The notes beneath the pieces were generated by a model. The model worked only from the letters and a program-made list of their open reading frames with translations, was not told the DNA's origin and did not search any database. The position numbers and the translations under genes are program-made. From Octopus bimaculoides (taxonomy: Eukaryota), in contig NC_068984.1 in NCBI RefSeq assembly GCF_001194135.2, positions 55,215,184 through 55,279,183 of the forward strand: DNA of 64,000 nucleotides. The letters run 5' to 3'. Shown piece by piece: positions 25,893 through 39,143 of the stretch. Numbering within the stretch: the first letter of the stretch is position 1; the number at the start of each line of letters is the position of its first letter.

Positions 25893-27154
25893 GTATATAC
25901 AAAAATAAATCAGCTTTTCATAGTATTTACAGGAACTAAAATGTATGCGAATTCTGTCAAGCAGAACTTATTAGCTTGTAATTTCTCAAAGACAATAGAG
26001 AAGAATTCAATATATAGAATGAAATGGCAAAACACAATCAGCAATATTTAACTGTATTTGTACAAGGCAGGCAGTGTCTCTGACAGTGCTTACTCCGATG
26101 TAATTAGACTTGGTCATATCTGTTTAACAAACCACTATTTCCATTAAACTTTTACACAGCTCCTGAAAGCTTTCTGTATTCACGTAAGCGTATATATGTG
26201 ATGAAAAAAAGCCAACGAAGATGTAACAGGCAGTAATACTTGGGACTAAATGCTATATGCTGTTTTGTGTCCTCTTTGTGGGTTCAGCCTTGAAATCCTG
26301 CCAAAGTTAATTTTGTTCGGTGTTGATAAGAGGACTAGCAATTATATTCTAGAATTGATCCAATTGACAATAACAATTTATCATAGAAATTGGCCGAGTG
26401 CCTAATCAAAAGGTGTCGATATTTTTGTATCTAACATATATATATATATATATATATATATANNNNNNNNNNNNNNNNNNNNNNNNNNNNNNNNNNNNNN
26501 NNNNNNNNNNNNNNNNNNNNNNNNNNNNNNATATATATAGCCAATAAAAGAAAAAAGAAATCTCTACAAGAATTTACTATCTCCCCAAACTGATTAGCGA
26601 ATCACTTTCGGTAAATTATATCTTTGACTGCATTCAGAGACGGGTAACGTGTTTGTTCATTAAATATAGACTCGTTGGCTTATCCTTATATCATTAATAT
26701 TGTGTGTCCTGTTATTTTCCTCATAACAAGCACTCTCTTTTTTTTTTTTTATCTTATCGAATACTTTTTTCTCTACGTTTCTCCTCTCTAGTAATACTTA
26801 TTCTTCTCGCAAGAAAGATACGCAACTTTTTCGAAATGATAAATAAGTATACATGATCTTTATACCAGCGTACTTCCTTCAACAATAACCTACAATTATA
26901 TATTCTGCAAACTCGAAGCATAAAATTACCTTCCAAGTTCTCAATCTTCAAAAATGGAATAACATATTTCCATAACCAATAAAAATTATTGGTTCTGCTT
27001 TCTTCATTGGTATTCTGGACTAACCCTTGAAAGAAAAGTAAAAATGTCCTATTTACCTGAGAAACAATTTCAAAAACATCTGACGTTTCAGTACATTTTA
27101 CATCCTAAGCCTTGCAGCATTTTGTATATATGTATTTAACATTTATATGTATAG

Positions 27155-27322
27155 AGGTGGCAAGCTGGCAGAATCATTAGCACGCCGGGCATTTCTTCGA
27201 GTTTTATGCTCCGAGTTAAAATTCCGCCGAGATCGATAAAATAAGTGTCAGCTGAGCATGCGGTGGGTAATTGATTAACCATCCCCACTCCGAAATTGCT
27301 GGCCTTGTGCCAAAATTTAAAA
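27155..27322 (+). mobile_element. Family A SINE with internal deletions
   Basis: GGTGGCAAGCTGGCAGAATCATTAGCACGCCGGGC..GAGTTAAAATTCCGCCGAGATCGATAAAATAAG..GGCCTTGTGCCAAAATTT. Confidence 0.8.
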
Positions 27323-28126
27323 TTAATATTTATACGTATAGAAACATTTTTCATACATTTACACGTTAGTATATGGCGCAGTTTGTGCGACTGAGCTATT
27401 AATAGTAGTAAATGAACGAATACACATTTTTAAATATTTCCAAATTGAAAGAAACATGTTGCAAAGAGATATCAATAAAACGAATTTAGAAACGTACAAT
27501 ATGGTATACTTCAGAAATCATCATGTGTATTAACATTTCAGAAATAAATCGATAATAAAAATGTTGTACACCACTAATGAGAAAATATCAGTCAAAATGA
27601 CATTGACTGTAAATCAGAAGAAAACTTTATCGAGAACGTTTATGTAAGATAATCAAATAAAATTGGCATTAAATGTTTAACAAAACCACACCATCTACAA
27701 ATATCATTTTATAGCTTATAATTTGGAGAAAGTTTATGATTAGGAGCCTATATATAAAAGATGTGTTTTACGATCTACGCGTCTAAGTTTAATGAATTTA
27801 AAGATAAAGAGTAGGCTCTAAATTCTGATAAAAAAAAAAGCAATAGAATATACAATCTAAAAATACAATCTGAGAAAATTGGTGGTGGTAGTGTCAGTAA
27901 AATATTACAGTGAAGTTTTTGACTTTGGATCAGCTTACATGTCACAAGGAGGAAGGAGGTTTATGGTGGCTTAGGACTCAATTTTTAACTAAGAGTAGAA
28001 GAATTCAAATCAGTTGACACTTTATTATTCTGACAAACGGAGTGTCAGGCGCAAAAGGTCATATTTCCTTTCAACCTGTATCACAGAAATTTAGCAAATT
28101 AAACATCACTATTTCTCTCTCTCTCA

Positions 28127-28157
<31 letters not shown>

Positions 28158-29529
28158 NNNNNNNNNNNNNNNNNNNNNNNNNNNNNNNNNNNNNNNNNNN
28201 NNNNNNNNNNNNNNNNNNNNNNNNNNNNNNNNNNNNNNNNNNNNNNNNNNNNNNNNNNNNNNNNNNNNNNNNNNNNNNNNNNNNNNNNNNNNNNNNNNNN
28301 NNNNNNNNNNNNNNNNNNNNNNNNNNNNNNNNNNNNNNNNNNNNNNNNNNNNNNNNNNNNNNNNNNNNNNNNNNNNNNNNNNNNNNNNNNNNNNNNNNNN
28401 NNNNNNNNNNNNNNNNNNNNNNNNNNNNNNNNNNNNNNNNNNNNNNNNNNNNNNNNNNNNNNNNNNNNNNNNNNNNNNNNNNNNNNNNNNNNNNNNNNNN
28501 NNNNNNNNNNNNNNNNNNNNNNNNNNNNNNNNNNNNNNNNNNNNNNNNNNNNNNNNNNNNNNNNNNNNNNNNNNNNNNNNNNNNNNNNNNNNNNNNNNNN
28601 NNNNNNNNNNNNNNNNNNNNNNNNNNNNNNNNNNNNNNNNNNNNNNNNNNNNNNNNNNNNNNNNNNNNNNNNNNNNNNNNNNNNNNNNNNNNNNNNNNNN
28701 NNNNNNNNNNNNNNNNNNNNNNNNNNNNNNNNNNNNNNNNNNNNNNNNNNNNNNNNNNNNNNNNNNNNNTATAGAAACACGTTCTTAATATTTTAATTTT
28801 CCCCTCTCCACACCAAATTCAATTTTTACCTTTTTCAAATATTTTTTCTTGGTAATCCATGGAGAAAAAACAGAGAGTACGAATCATTAAGAGATTTACC
28901 CGTCACCTCAAGAAGCTACACACTGCCAATGTTTCACTTTTAGCTTCTTAGAAAGCGGGGAAGTTTTTTTAAGGAATAATGTCATTTACCTGTTGTTTCT
29001 AGCATGTCGGGTTTTCTGGTGGTGGTCTGATATTTTTTAAGTTTGCTATTTCAGTAGAATTCAACGCATGCGGTAAACATCACATAAAAGTGAAAGCGAC
29101 TAGGTGATGGGTGGACGAGGTAGAGGAAGGGGCATTGAGTGTTTCTTTAAGAAAAAATAAACAATAAAAAATATATGTATTTATCAGATTCGTAATCTCT
29201 GTATTTTTCTACGTATATAACAACAAAAAACATCGAAAGAGTTACAAATTCAGAAATTGCGGTGAGGATGGGGGAATGGGGAATTAAAATTTTGAAAACG
29301 AGATTTCTGGACAAAATCGTATTACCCCCTCCTTTATACGATGAAGCAATACATAGTTTGTGATCCTTCTTAAGAACAGAAAGCCTTTTCATGCAAACCC
29401 TTGCAAATTGTACCCTCCCCTTCACTTTTAAACAAACAATAACTTCCATTATGCCATAACTATATATCAGTGGTGCCGATTCTGCCCATAAGAAAAAAAC
29501 ATATAATACAATGTGCCTGTAGGTCATAA

Positions 29530-29557
29530 CTGGGCAATGCCGGGATACATTGCTAGT
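29530..29557 (+). mobile_element. Possible Helitron-type 3' terminus
   Basis: CTGGGCAATGCCGGGATACATTGCTAGT: a small GC hairpin about 11 nt before CTAG followed by T, the canonical Helitron 3' signature. No 5' end was identified. Confidence 0.3.
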
Positions 29558-30956
29558 CATTACATAAAGGTAAATCAGAAATGACTCGATAGTGATGAAA
29601 TATTTCAAATTAGTTTCTCATCTGCTTTGTAAATTATGGTACTGATTTATGCATATACTTAAGATAGCTCTACATAATTAAAGTTTGCTTGGAAAAAAAT
29701 CAGCAATAAAGAAAAATGTGTATTTATTAGAATCACATTGGCTTAGTTTTGTAGTGAGGGAAAAAGTCTACCTACGTAATTCTTCAAATTAAAGTTATAC
29801 TAGACCTGCTACTGTGCTGTAATTTATAAAGCATTCTCTTACAAACTTTGAAATTCTGTAATGTACCAAGTTCTGGTTTCAAATTTCCGTATTTAAATAC
29901 CAACATGAGACAATAGGATGTATGGTAATGGGTCTGATCGATTATTGAATTCCGGTCTATTGTAATATTATCATTCGGTGATAAGCGCCCTGTCTCTTAT
30001 GAGACAAGTATGCTTGAAAAATAAGTATGTCAGAGAAGTAGAAGCAAGAACCAGTTTGTGTACAGGATCTCTCACACAAAATGATGGCGGTAATTTTATT
30101 AATACCCAGCATTAATGTCTTTAGTTTAATGTCTGCTGTAAAACCGCGTATGAAGAGTGGAAAGGAATATCTCATCGGAATATTTTCAATAGAATTTATA
30201 CTATACATCAACTGTAGGCCAGCTCTGATCAATTACATCTAGAGTCAAAAACATCCCAGCCATGGCCATACGAATTTTTCTCAGACAATGTATCTATACC
30301 AGTAATGTGTTCTTTCTGTTTTCAAGATTGTTTGCGATGAGAAAATTCAGTTGCTGTTTCTAGCAAGTCCAGCAACTAGTTTCCAGTTTTCTCGTTTGCT
30401 GTTCATCACGTCAGAGCTGCTTCGTTGGATGGAGTTTATGGTATTACACAGGATAGTATGCTATACCCACTATCTTGCAAGCCTAACACTCAGTTTTCCA
30501 TTTAGTTTGGTTTTATGGTAGATATAATTGTCCAATATTTAAAACGTTTCTCATTGCTGATTTTGTAGTAAGACAATTTGTTCCCTACTAATTACCCATA
30601 AAAGCATTACCATTCTTTGATACCGGATTGACGTTTACTGATTTCTGCAGCAATTATCCATAAAATACATTACTAAAACAATATATCAGGCATGTAATAT
30701 ATAGAGATCACAAATCTAAAGTGACAGAATATATTAGATTTGCAAATATTAGATTTGCAGAAGCAAATATGCAGAGTAAGTTTAAAGCGGGTCCTTTCTA
30801 AATAGTTTGATAGGTACAATAAAATAACTCATTACATCTCTAGAGTAGTGGTCAAATGAAAAGGAAAGTAGATTTTTTTCGTCTGGCTGCTTAAAATGAT
30901 ATTATTGTCCATATATACACACACTCACACATGCGAACACACAACATGTACTCCGC

Positions 30957-31001
<45 letters not shown>

Positions 31002-32064
31002 CCACACTACACACATAGATGTGGTGTTATTTCCTTTAAATTGGCTTTATTTAAATTAAAATACTTTCGTATTTATTATTTAATATATAATGTATAATCA
31101 GATAGGAGAAAATAAGTTCAAAAAAGAACAATTCATACATTTTGAGAGGTCAAAAAAGAGAGAAAGAATGATTTCTAATAAAGATTCACCATATTCATAA
31201 AAAAAAACAGCCAGAGGCACATACAGGAGTGGTGATGTGAAACACCCCAAACTGAGGAAATCAAAAGGACCACGGTGGTACTCCAACATAACGGTAGTTA
31301 CATGGCTGAAACGAGTAAAAGGTTAAAGAGTATACTTATATACATATACACTATATGCATACATATATAATTTATATGCATATATATATTGGTTAAAAGT
31401 TATTGAGTCATAGTTTGTAATGGAATCAAGATCCGCGTTGAACATATTCTGAAAAAAAAATGCTGGCGATGTTACCAAATTTTGGATTTGACAGTCTGGA
31501 GGAAGTTTTAAAATAGCTACTATGACTGTAATATACTATGTTATAGCGTGATGCTCGTTGATGCCACACCCTAGACCTAAATAGATAACAGGCGTAGAAA
31601 CATTCTCCGAGACACTAATCTCAAACAACAAGTCGTGGTGAAAACTGGTAGAATCGTCAAGTCTATAATCTATATACCATATGTAATTTGTAATAAGAAT
31701 TATAAGACGTTTGCTACAAATAAATATATGTAATTTACGAACACTGAAATTTGATACATCGCAAATGATAGTAATAAATATCGTGGATAATATTGCCGAA
31801 TATTGCAAAGACGATACTATTCGGAATATTGTCAAAGCGTTTGATGATTATTGAAATGGCTACTTCGAAAACAAAACTTCTGGATTTAATAAATCTGTCG
31901 ATATATGCGAGTTCTAATGGTACGAATGAAATTTATACTACGTAATTGTTTCAATTTTAAATAGTTATCGAAACAAATACAACTCCAGGATTCTAGATTA
32001 TTCAAGTTCTTTTAATTTATCTGACCATATTTAGCTTTCAACAACAAGTAAGATAGGAATCTGA

Positions 32065-33000
32065 TACACGAGGGTCGGCTTAAAAGTTTATAGGTTGACC
32101 AAAATATTCTCATGGAATGTGACAAAATGAGGTTTATTTTTCAACATAGTCCCCCTTCCGGTCTATACGGAAGATTTAATCCTGTTCCTCAACACGCCAT
32201 CAACAATAGATACAACATAATCATTACTGCGATACTGGTTCCCGGCCAAGTGCTTTTTCGAGTTGGGAAACCGACAATAGTCAGGTGAGGCCGAATCAGG
32301 AGAACAGGAAGGCTGAGCAACCAGTTCAAAGCTGCATTCACGCACAGCAGCCATTGAAACCAAGGCGTATGTCCTAATAAAAGAAGACTATTTTAGTCAG
32401 TTTTCGCGGGCATTTGGGCTTGATAGCCTTTTGTAACTGCCTCAGCAAGTTGGTTCAGTACCCGTTATTGATATAGCCCTTTTGAAGATAGCCACTAAAC
32501 ACAATAGATTTTGCATCCTAAAACACTAAGGTCATCACCAGATGAAAGGATCTTGTCCTTCTTTGTGAGCAGGTGAGGAAGGATATTTCCACTACATAGA
32601 TTGTATCTTGATGCCATCACTAATTCTAAGCTAGGAAACGTTTAAAGAAACTAGTTGGATCTGCCTGAAACAATGTCAAATTTTTCGGTGATGCGATCAG
32701 CCTGGTGCACTTTTGAACAAAATGTTAGAAGACGTGGGACACACCTAGCACAACCCTTCGTCATAGCATTGGCTATTTGACTTAAAGTGAACTGCCTGTC
32801 ATCCATCACAATGTGGTGAACACAATCAATGTTGTAGGACGTCCAAAAACTTAGATTATCATCAAATCTCTTCCTTCCCCACCTAAATTCAGCAGCCCGC
32901 TTTTCCACTGTTGATAAAGCTGATGCGTCATCTCCTAATGTAGCAACCATGTCAGTATAAATGTTGCTGGGGTCTAAACCCTTTTTTCTGCAGTTAGTAC
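32065..33000 (-). mobile_element. Degenerate mariner (Tc1/mariner) transposon, transposase pseudogene
   Basis: The minus strand gives MVATLGDDASALSTVEKRAAEFRWGR (HTH region) and SMAAVRECSFELVAQPSCSPDSASPDYCRFPNSKKHLAGNQYRSND (cf. HPPYSPDLAPSDY.LF). One TIR-like end, TACACGAGGGTCGGCTTAAAAGTT, is at 32065. Many stops and frameshifts. Confidence 0.85.
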
Positions 33001-34084
33001 TGGAAAGGTGTGACCCAAGTAGAATTGTTATGGGAAGTGAGCAAATATGTTTAGATTAATTTTATAGTTTCACTTGTAATCATCTCTGAACTGAGAAAAT
33101 TAATGCGTAAGCCAGCGCGTAAGAAAGTGAGTATTTGTTTATATGTGGATATGTCTGAGTTCATTTTGTGTGAAAGTGCATGTATGTTGATAAGTGCATT
33201 AGGTAATTGAGTGTGTGTTTGTGTGTGCACCCGCGCGCGCGTGTGTACATTTTCTGTATATGAGTACATTAAATATTTATGTGTACATCATTGTATATAC
33301 TGCTTGTGTATTCAGCAATAGACTCTAACTTGTTTCATTTTCGAGCAAATTTCCATCCAAACATATTAAAAAGAAAATAGCTATGCTTTATACGCGTTTG
33401 TATAAGGCTGGAAAAAAAATCCTATTGCATTTCAAGATGGGAAAGAAACAAATGTTCTTAGGTCTTAATTGACTGATTTAATCCATATAATATTTCCCCT
33501 CATTATTGATAGTATAACCCCATCTATGTGGCAAATTGTTGATTCCTCGGGCGCAAAATATTTCAGGTTTCGATGCAAAGAAACAGTCCGAAAATTATTG
33601 TTCCATCGGACGTAATATTTCTTCAGATTTTTAAGCAAAGATATGCTCAATATCATTTTTAACCGCTTCAAATTTTATAGACTGTTTTCTCTCTAAATAA
33701 TGTTGCAATGATCTGAAAAAAATATTGTTAGCTGAAATAAGATTGCGAAAGTAAGGACGATGAGGCAAAATTTTCATAATAATTTCGTAAGTGACTTAGG
33801 TAATATGTGTTCTTGCATCATATGTAGGAGCAACATCATTCTAAGATTAATGATCGATAGGCGCTTTGTCTTCAAACATTTTGTGCAATGGCTCCAATTG
33901 ACTACTATAGTTCTCCGCATTAAATGTTTTGGTTTGACAATTTATGATAAACGACGCCTGTGTGTATTTAGAATATAGAACAAGTATGAGTTGGCAGCTC
34001 ATGGATGGCCGTTGGTCATAAATATTATCATAAGTATCCCTACATATATACTTTCAAACGACGCGTATGCATATGCATATGTAT

Positions 34085-34085
34085 T

Positions 34086-34160
<75 letters not shown>
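34085..34160. repeat. (TA)n microsatellite
   Basis: Seen directly. Confidence 0.95.
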
Positions 34161-34163
<3 letters not shown>

Positions 34164-36309
34164 AATACATATGTATATACATACACATGTTCTGCGTGCT
34201 AACGATTTTGGCAGGCTGCCATCTTCTATATCAGTATATTACTATTTTATCATTGACGAATCTTTAAACGTATATATATTTGTATCATTGACAAATTTCT
34301 AAGTATATATGTATGTAGCTATATACAAATAAAATATTGGTAGGAACGTATTGTGCCATTTTTGGAATCTTTAGCAAACAACACCCTAGACCAGTTGTAG
34401 TCCGTACAGGATGCTTCCATGATATTTCCGCTTACTAAAATCTACTCACATTGTCGGTTCGACCAAGTCGCAGAGGTAGAGCTCTACTATTTTACATACA
34501 TGTTCACCATCTCATAAAATGAAATTCTGTTCGGTTACGCAACTTTTTTACCCAGAAGTATCAATCGTTATAAGTATAATATACCAAAATTGGATGCATG
34601 TAAAACAATTGTCGAAATCGTATGAATAACTACATATTTACGAATTGTCTATGAATCATGAGTATCACCATTTCATACGTCCTCTATACCTACTCATCAC
34701 CCCAACACCACTTTGGTAATCATTTATCATTTTCATGTTTTTTTCTTCCATTTTTCACTGCAACAATAATCAATTCTATCCTTTGTATTCGGAAAGAAAT
34801 GTTTACCCTCACATAATATATAAACAGCCTGTTATATCAATTTTCCATCCATTTATATAATTAGGCTATTTACTTATCTCCTTCACTTCTTTTTTCCTTC
34901 ACTTATTCACTCCCTCTCTATTGCCTTCTCCGTCACTCTCAATCTCTCAAATGTGACATGTTTATAGCAATATTCCGTCATTCCATTATTGAAATATAAA
35001 CGTCTAACAAAATATCATGTCATCAATAGTATTTACTATATATCAGGGTGCATAATTCCTTACAAGTTTTCCTACTTTGATCCTAATAGCCATTTGCCCA
35101 TTGAGTAAGGAATTATTTCTCCGATAGAGGAAGTGTCACATCAAATACTGCCACCTACTTTTGTATTTCCTATAATTTAGATTCAACAAAGTAATAACTC
35201 GTACTATTACGTTATTTGACAATATATGTATTTCTTTGATATTGTAAGGTATCAAAACTATTAGTTTCGAGGATTAAGATGATTTTCTAATGCTTCTATA
35301 GGATTTGTAGGGAAGAATACACTTTTCTGGTTTGTCATTGCTTTTACCAGAAGCCTAGAAATGTTCCATAAAAATCTCATGTCCATTTTCTATACATTGA
35401 TGCATTTAGTTTCGAGAAGATAGGAATTCATACTACCTGACTATCTTACTTAGATGAAAGAGAGAGTTCATATGCACTCACAAATCACAAAATGATCGAA
35501 ATTATGATTTCAATATGAAGATTGAAAAAATAAGGTACACAGTTGAACATCAAATACCACCAAATCACTATTTTGTTTTTATTTTAGCATATTATATTTC
35601 TGAAAACGAAATAAAATCTACCCTTTTACTATTTATTTCAAGAATATTTCTTTACAAATTATATGATGCTGCTTGGTTTAATAAATTCATAACATCCTAT
35701 CAAAACGAAAGAATATTTCAATAAATGTTAGATAAATGAAAGATAATAATTTTTATATTCACTATGATATTAGAATTTGATTTTGACGTTAGTCCTTGAA
35801 CAAAGTTCAAAATATCGTCAGTATGTTGCTTAAATACAAAAATAAGTTTAGTAAAATTGTTTAGTATAATTATTTATATTCAACTTCATTAACATCTGTT
35901 TGTTCTTTAATTTCAATCGAGCATCGTTCAAGAATTTGTTAATAAATTGCGAATTCTTTTGGAAGTGGTTGGTTTTTCCACATTACGAAACTGCACTTCT
36001 CGCAAACAATTCTGAAGAATTATGAGATACATCAACAGATCGATATCAAATGGTTGAAAGGAGCCATTGCTCATGTATTGTGGAGCAATACATGACTGAC
36101 AAGATTCTACACTAAAGCTTTAGAAATAAACTGGTTAACACTCAATAGAATAACATAGAACGCATTAAAATACCGGCCTGTAAAATAACGTGTTACGACC
36201 ACGAAACGTGTTTATTGCAATGCTATTTATCATGCCATAAATGTATATTCCGCTCATTTTAAAGTGAAGTCTTGATAACATATCCGTTGTTATCGCCACT
36301 AAAAATCAA

Positions 36310-36500
36310 CTTCTGTTATGTGCATAAAAGGAAGGCGTTGAGCTCGCACCATCGTTAGAGCGTTGGATGGAATGTTTAGCTGCATTTCTTCTGACATTTG
36401 ACTTTCTCATTTCAAATTGTTCCAAGGTTAACTTTGCTTCTTTCTTCTTTTGGTGTCGGTAAAGTAAAGTACCATTAAAGCAGCATGGTCGATGTAATCC
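36310..36500 (-). mobile_element. Family A SINE (old)
   Basis: The minus strand reads TTGGAACAATTTGAAATGAGAAAGTC..GCTAAACATTCC..CTCTAACGATGGTGCGAGCTCAACGCCTT, i.e. a degenerate reverse-complement copy. Confidence 0.55.
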
Positions 36501-36894
36501 ACCAATCCCTTCCCGCTCAAACTGCTGGCGTTGTGACAAGCTTTCACCTATGTGAAAAAAAAAGATTCAGTTAAATGGCTAAATATGTGAGCTGTTCATT
36601 ATATTTTCTTGGGCATTTTTATATATAAACATCAAATACCTCGATCTACCCTACGTTTTCAGTTGGTTTTTATCTCCGACATCATTGACTTTGTAACTAA
36701 TAACGTTAATAGCTTTACCTTAAAAACAAACGATCTTCATTCGAATTCAGGGTTGGGCTAAATTACGTTTATTGAATATCAAAATAAGAGCGTAAAACGC
36801 AGGTTAGATGGGAGTATTTTAGAAAAATATCTTCTCTTAAAATTCATGATTAGAGAAGCATATTTATTGAAATAATTATACATCTCCAATTACA

Positions 36895-37107
36895 TTTCTA
36901 CTATAGACACAAGGCCTGAAATTTTGGGGCAGGGAGTTAGTCGAGTACATCGGCCCCAATGTTCAACTGGTACTTATTTTATAGATTCCAAAAGGATGAA
37001 AGGCAAAATCGAACTCGACCAAATTTGAACTCAGAATGCAAAAGCTGACGAAATGCCGCTGAGCACTTTGTTCTGTGTGCTTACGATTTTGGTAGGTTGC
37101 CATCTTA
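36895..37107 (-). mobile_element. Family A SINE
   Basis: TAGACACAAGGCCTGAAATTTTGGGG..ACTGGTACTTATTTTAT..AAGGATGAAAGGCAAAATCGA..TTTGAACTCAGAA..GACGAAATGCCGCT. Confidence 0.85.
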
Positions 37108-37442
37108 TTTATCAGTATATTACTGTTTTATCATTGACAAATATCTGAACGTGTTAAGATAATTCTATTACAATGATCTCCATCTGCCAGTCATTCACTG
37201 TTTCAAGCAAATTTAAGGCTCAAGGATCATATCATACTATGTATGCTAAGTTAAACTAAATTTCAATCAATACCGTTGTTATCATTCAGCGAAATATTAT
37301 TGATTGATTTAATTCGAAATATTATTGACTGATATAATCCCCCGTATATTTTCCATTGACATTAACTGGTATCAACTGACCGATATCAAATGATATATTA
37401 ATATCAATGGCAGTGTTATTTTGATATTTCTTGACGAAAAAT

Positions 37443-37657
37443 AAGGCGGCAAGCTGGCAGTATAGTTAGCGCACCGGAAAAATGCTTAGTGCCGTTTCGT
37501 CCGTCTTTATAGCCTGAGTTCAAATTCTGCTCAGGCCGACATTGCCTTTCAACATTTCAGAGTCCGTAAAATAAATTCTAGTTGAGCACTACGGTTAATG
37601 TAATCGATTTATCCCTCCACTCGAATTGCAGGCCTTGTACCAAAATCTGAAATCGAT
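37443..37657 (+). mobile_element. Family A SINE
   Basis: TAAGGCGGCAAGCTGGCAG..TGAGTTCAAATTC..GGCCTTGTACCAAAATCTGAAA. Confidence 0.85.
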
Positions 37658-38944
37658 ACTATTAAATGAAAAACAAATTAAAACATTGTAATGTGGAAAG
37701 ATCTTAATGATATAGAGATCTAATGTGTTACGAGCTATCAACAACAGACAATAGGCTGGGTCTCTTAGCAATGATATTAAATGGTTTGAACTACCTTAGG
37801 CGTTTGAGTTCAATGCCCATCTAATGCATCACAGTAAACATAATTTTAAATTACTTCAGTTCATTACATGCTAAAATCGCGTTAAAATTGTTTTTATGCT
37901 GCTTCAAATTCACCTGGTTTTCAGGATATAAAATTGGCAAAAAAAAACAAAAAACAAATACATATTCTAACTTTTTCATGGGACAATTGAGTGCTACACG
38001 TAATAATATTAAATGACCATTGGTAACAGAATCATAATGTTGAAGGATATGCAGTGTTATTATGACAGAGTGATGTGACATGTTTCTTTTATCCATGGAG
38101 AACTGCGAAAATCACGATTATAAAAATCGGTGATCCGATATATTTGCGATCGTTTTATTTCAATCAAGTTACATAATTTCAGGCGTGGCATAGGAGCCAC
38201 AAATCTAGTTGCGCATTTATAAAACAAATGAGCTTACCAAAAGGCTACAGTACGGATCTCCAGTTGAAATACAAGGATCTCTACAGTAATTATTATTCAG
38301 AAACAGATGTCCCTCACAATTTTATCAATGTTTAAAATTCATGTTATATGTACATTAATCGCTCATCTTACACCTGTATATTTTATTTATTTCAAACGAA
38401 AATTAAACAACGTGTTATTTATACCAAAGTATTAATTCCAGTTCTTCAAATTTTATGAATACAGTTTTATACATCATTATTATAGAATGCACTAAATAAC
38501 TTCTAATATACAGCCGTTTACATGCCACAGTGATAGCTATTTTAGGTTAAGTTATTATTGTATCAGTAATATACTTCAGAAACGATTCTATTGGTGTGTA
38601 GGGAAGATAAACACACTTCCACATTTCAACCGACATATTATACAGTAGAATGCTGCCAATTGTTATTGTTATATTCCCGAAACAATAATAAAATGTATGG
38701 TTATCAACATTCTGTACATTAGAAATGTGAATAGCTTACCCTTTCCAAAAGATTATCTAATCTTTTTCAAGTATGCAAGAAATTCTTTTAGAATTGTGTT
38801 TGAAATAACACTATCAGAAACAAAGGCGTCTTTCAAAACCATGCAGTGAATATGGGAAAACATAAATGTTTTCTCTTAAATATATTCAATCAAGGCAAAT
38901 GGTACAGTTAACTCTTTTTGCCCTGTTTCTTTTGATAATACATT

Positions 38945-39143
38945 CTTTTCTACTCTAGGCACAACGCTCGAAATTTGGGAGGAGGGGGACCAGTTCGACC
39001 CCAGTACGCAGCTAGTACTTAATTTATCGACCTCGAAAGGCAAAGTCGACTTCAGCGGAATTTGAATTGAGGACGTAAAAACAGACGAAATAGCGCTAAC
39101 CATTTCGCCCGGCGTGCTAAAGTTTCTGCCTGCTCGCCGCCTT
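38945..39143 (-). mobile_element. Family A SINE (well preserved)
   Basis: TAGGCACAACGCTCGAAATTTGGG..AAGGCAAAGTCGACTTCAGCGGAATTTGAA..CGCCCGGCGTGCTAA..TGCTCGCCGCCTT. Confidence 0.9.
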
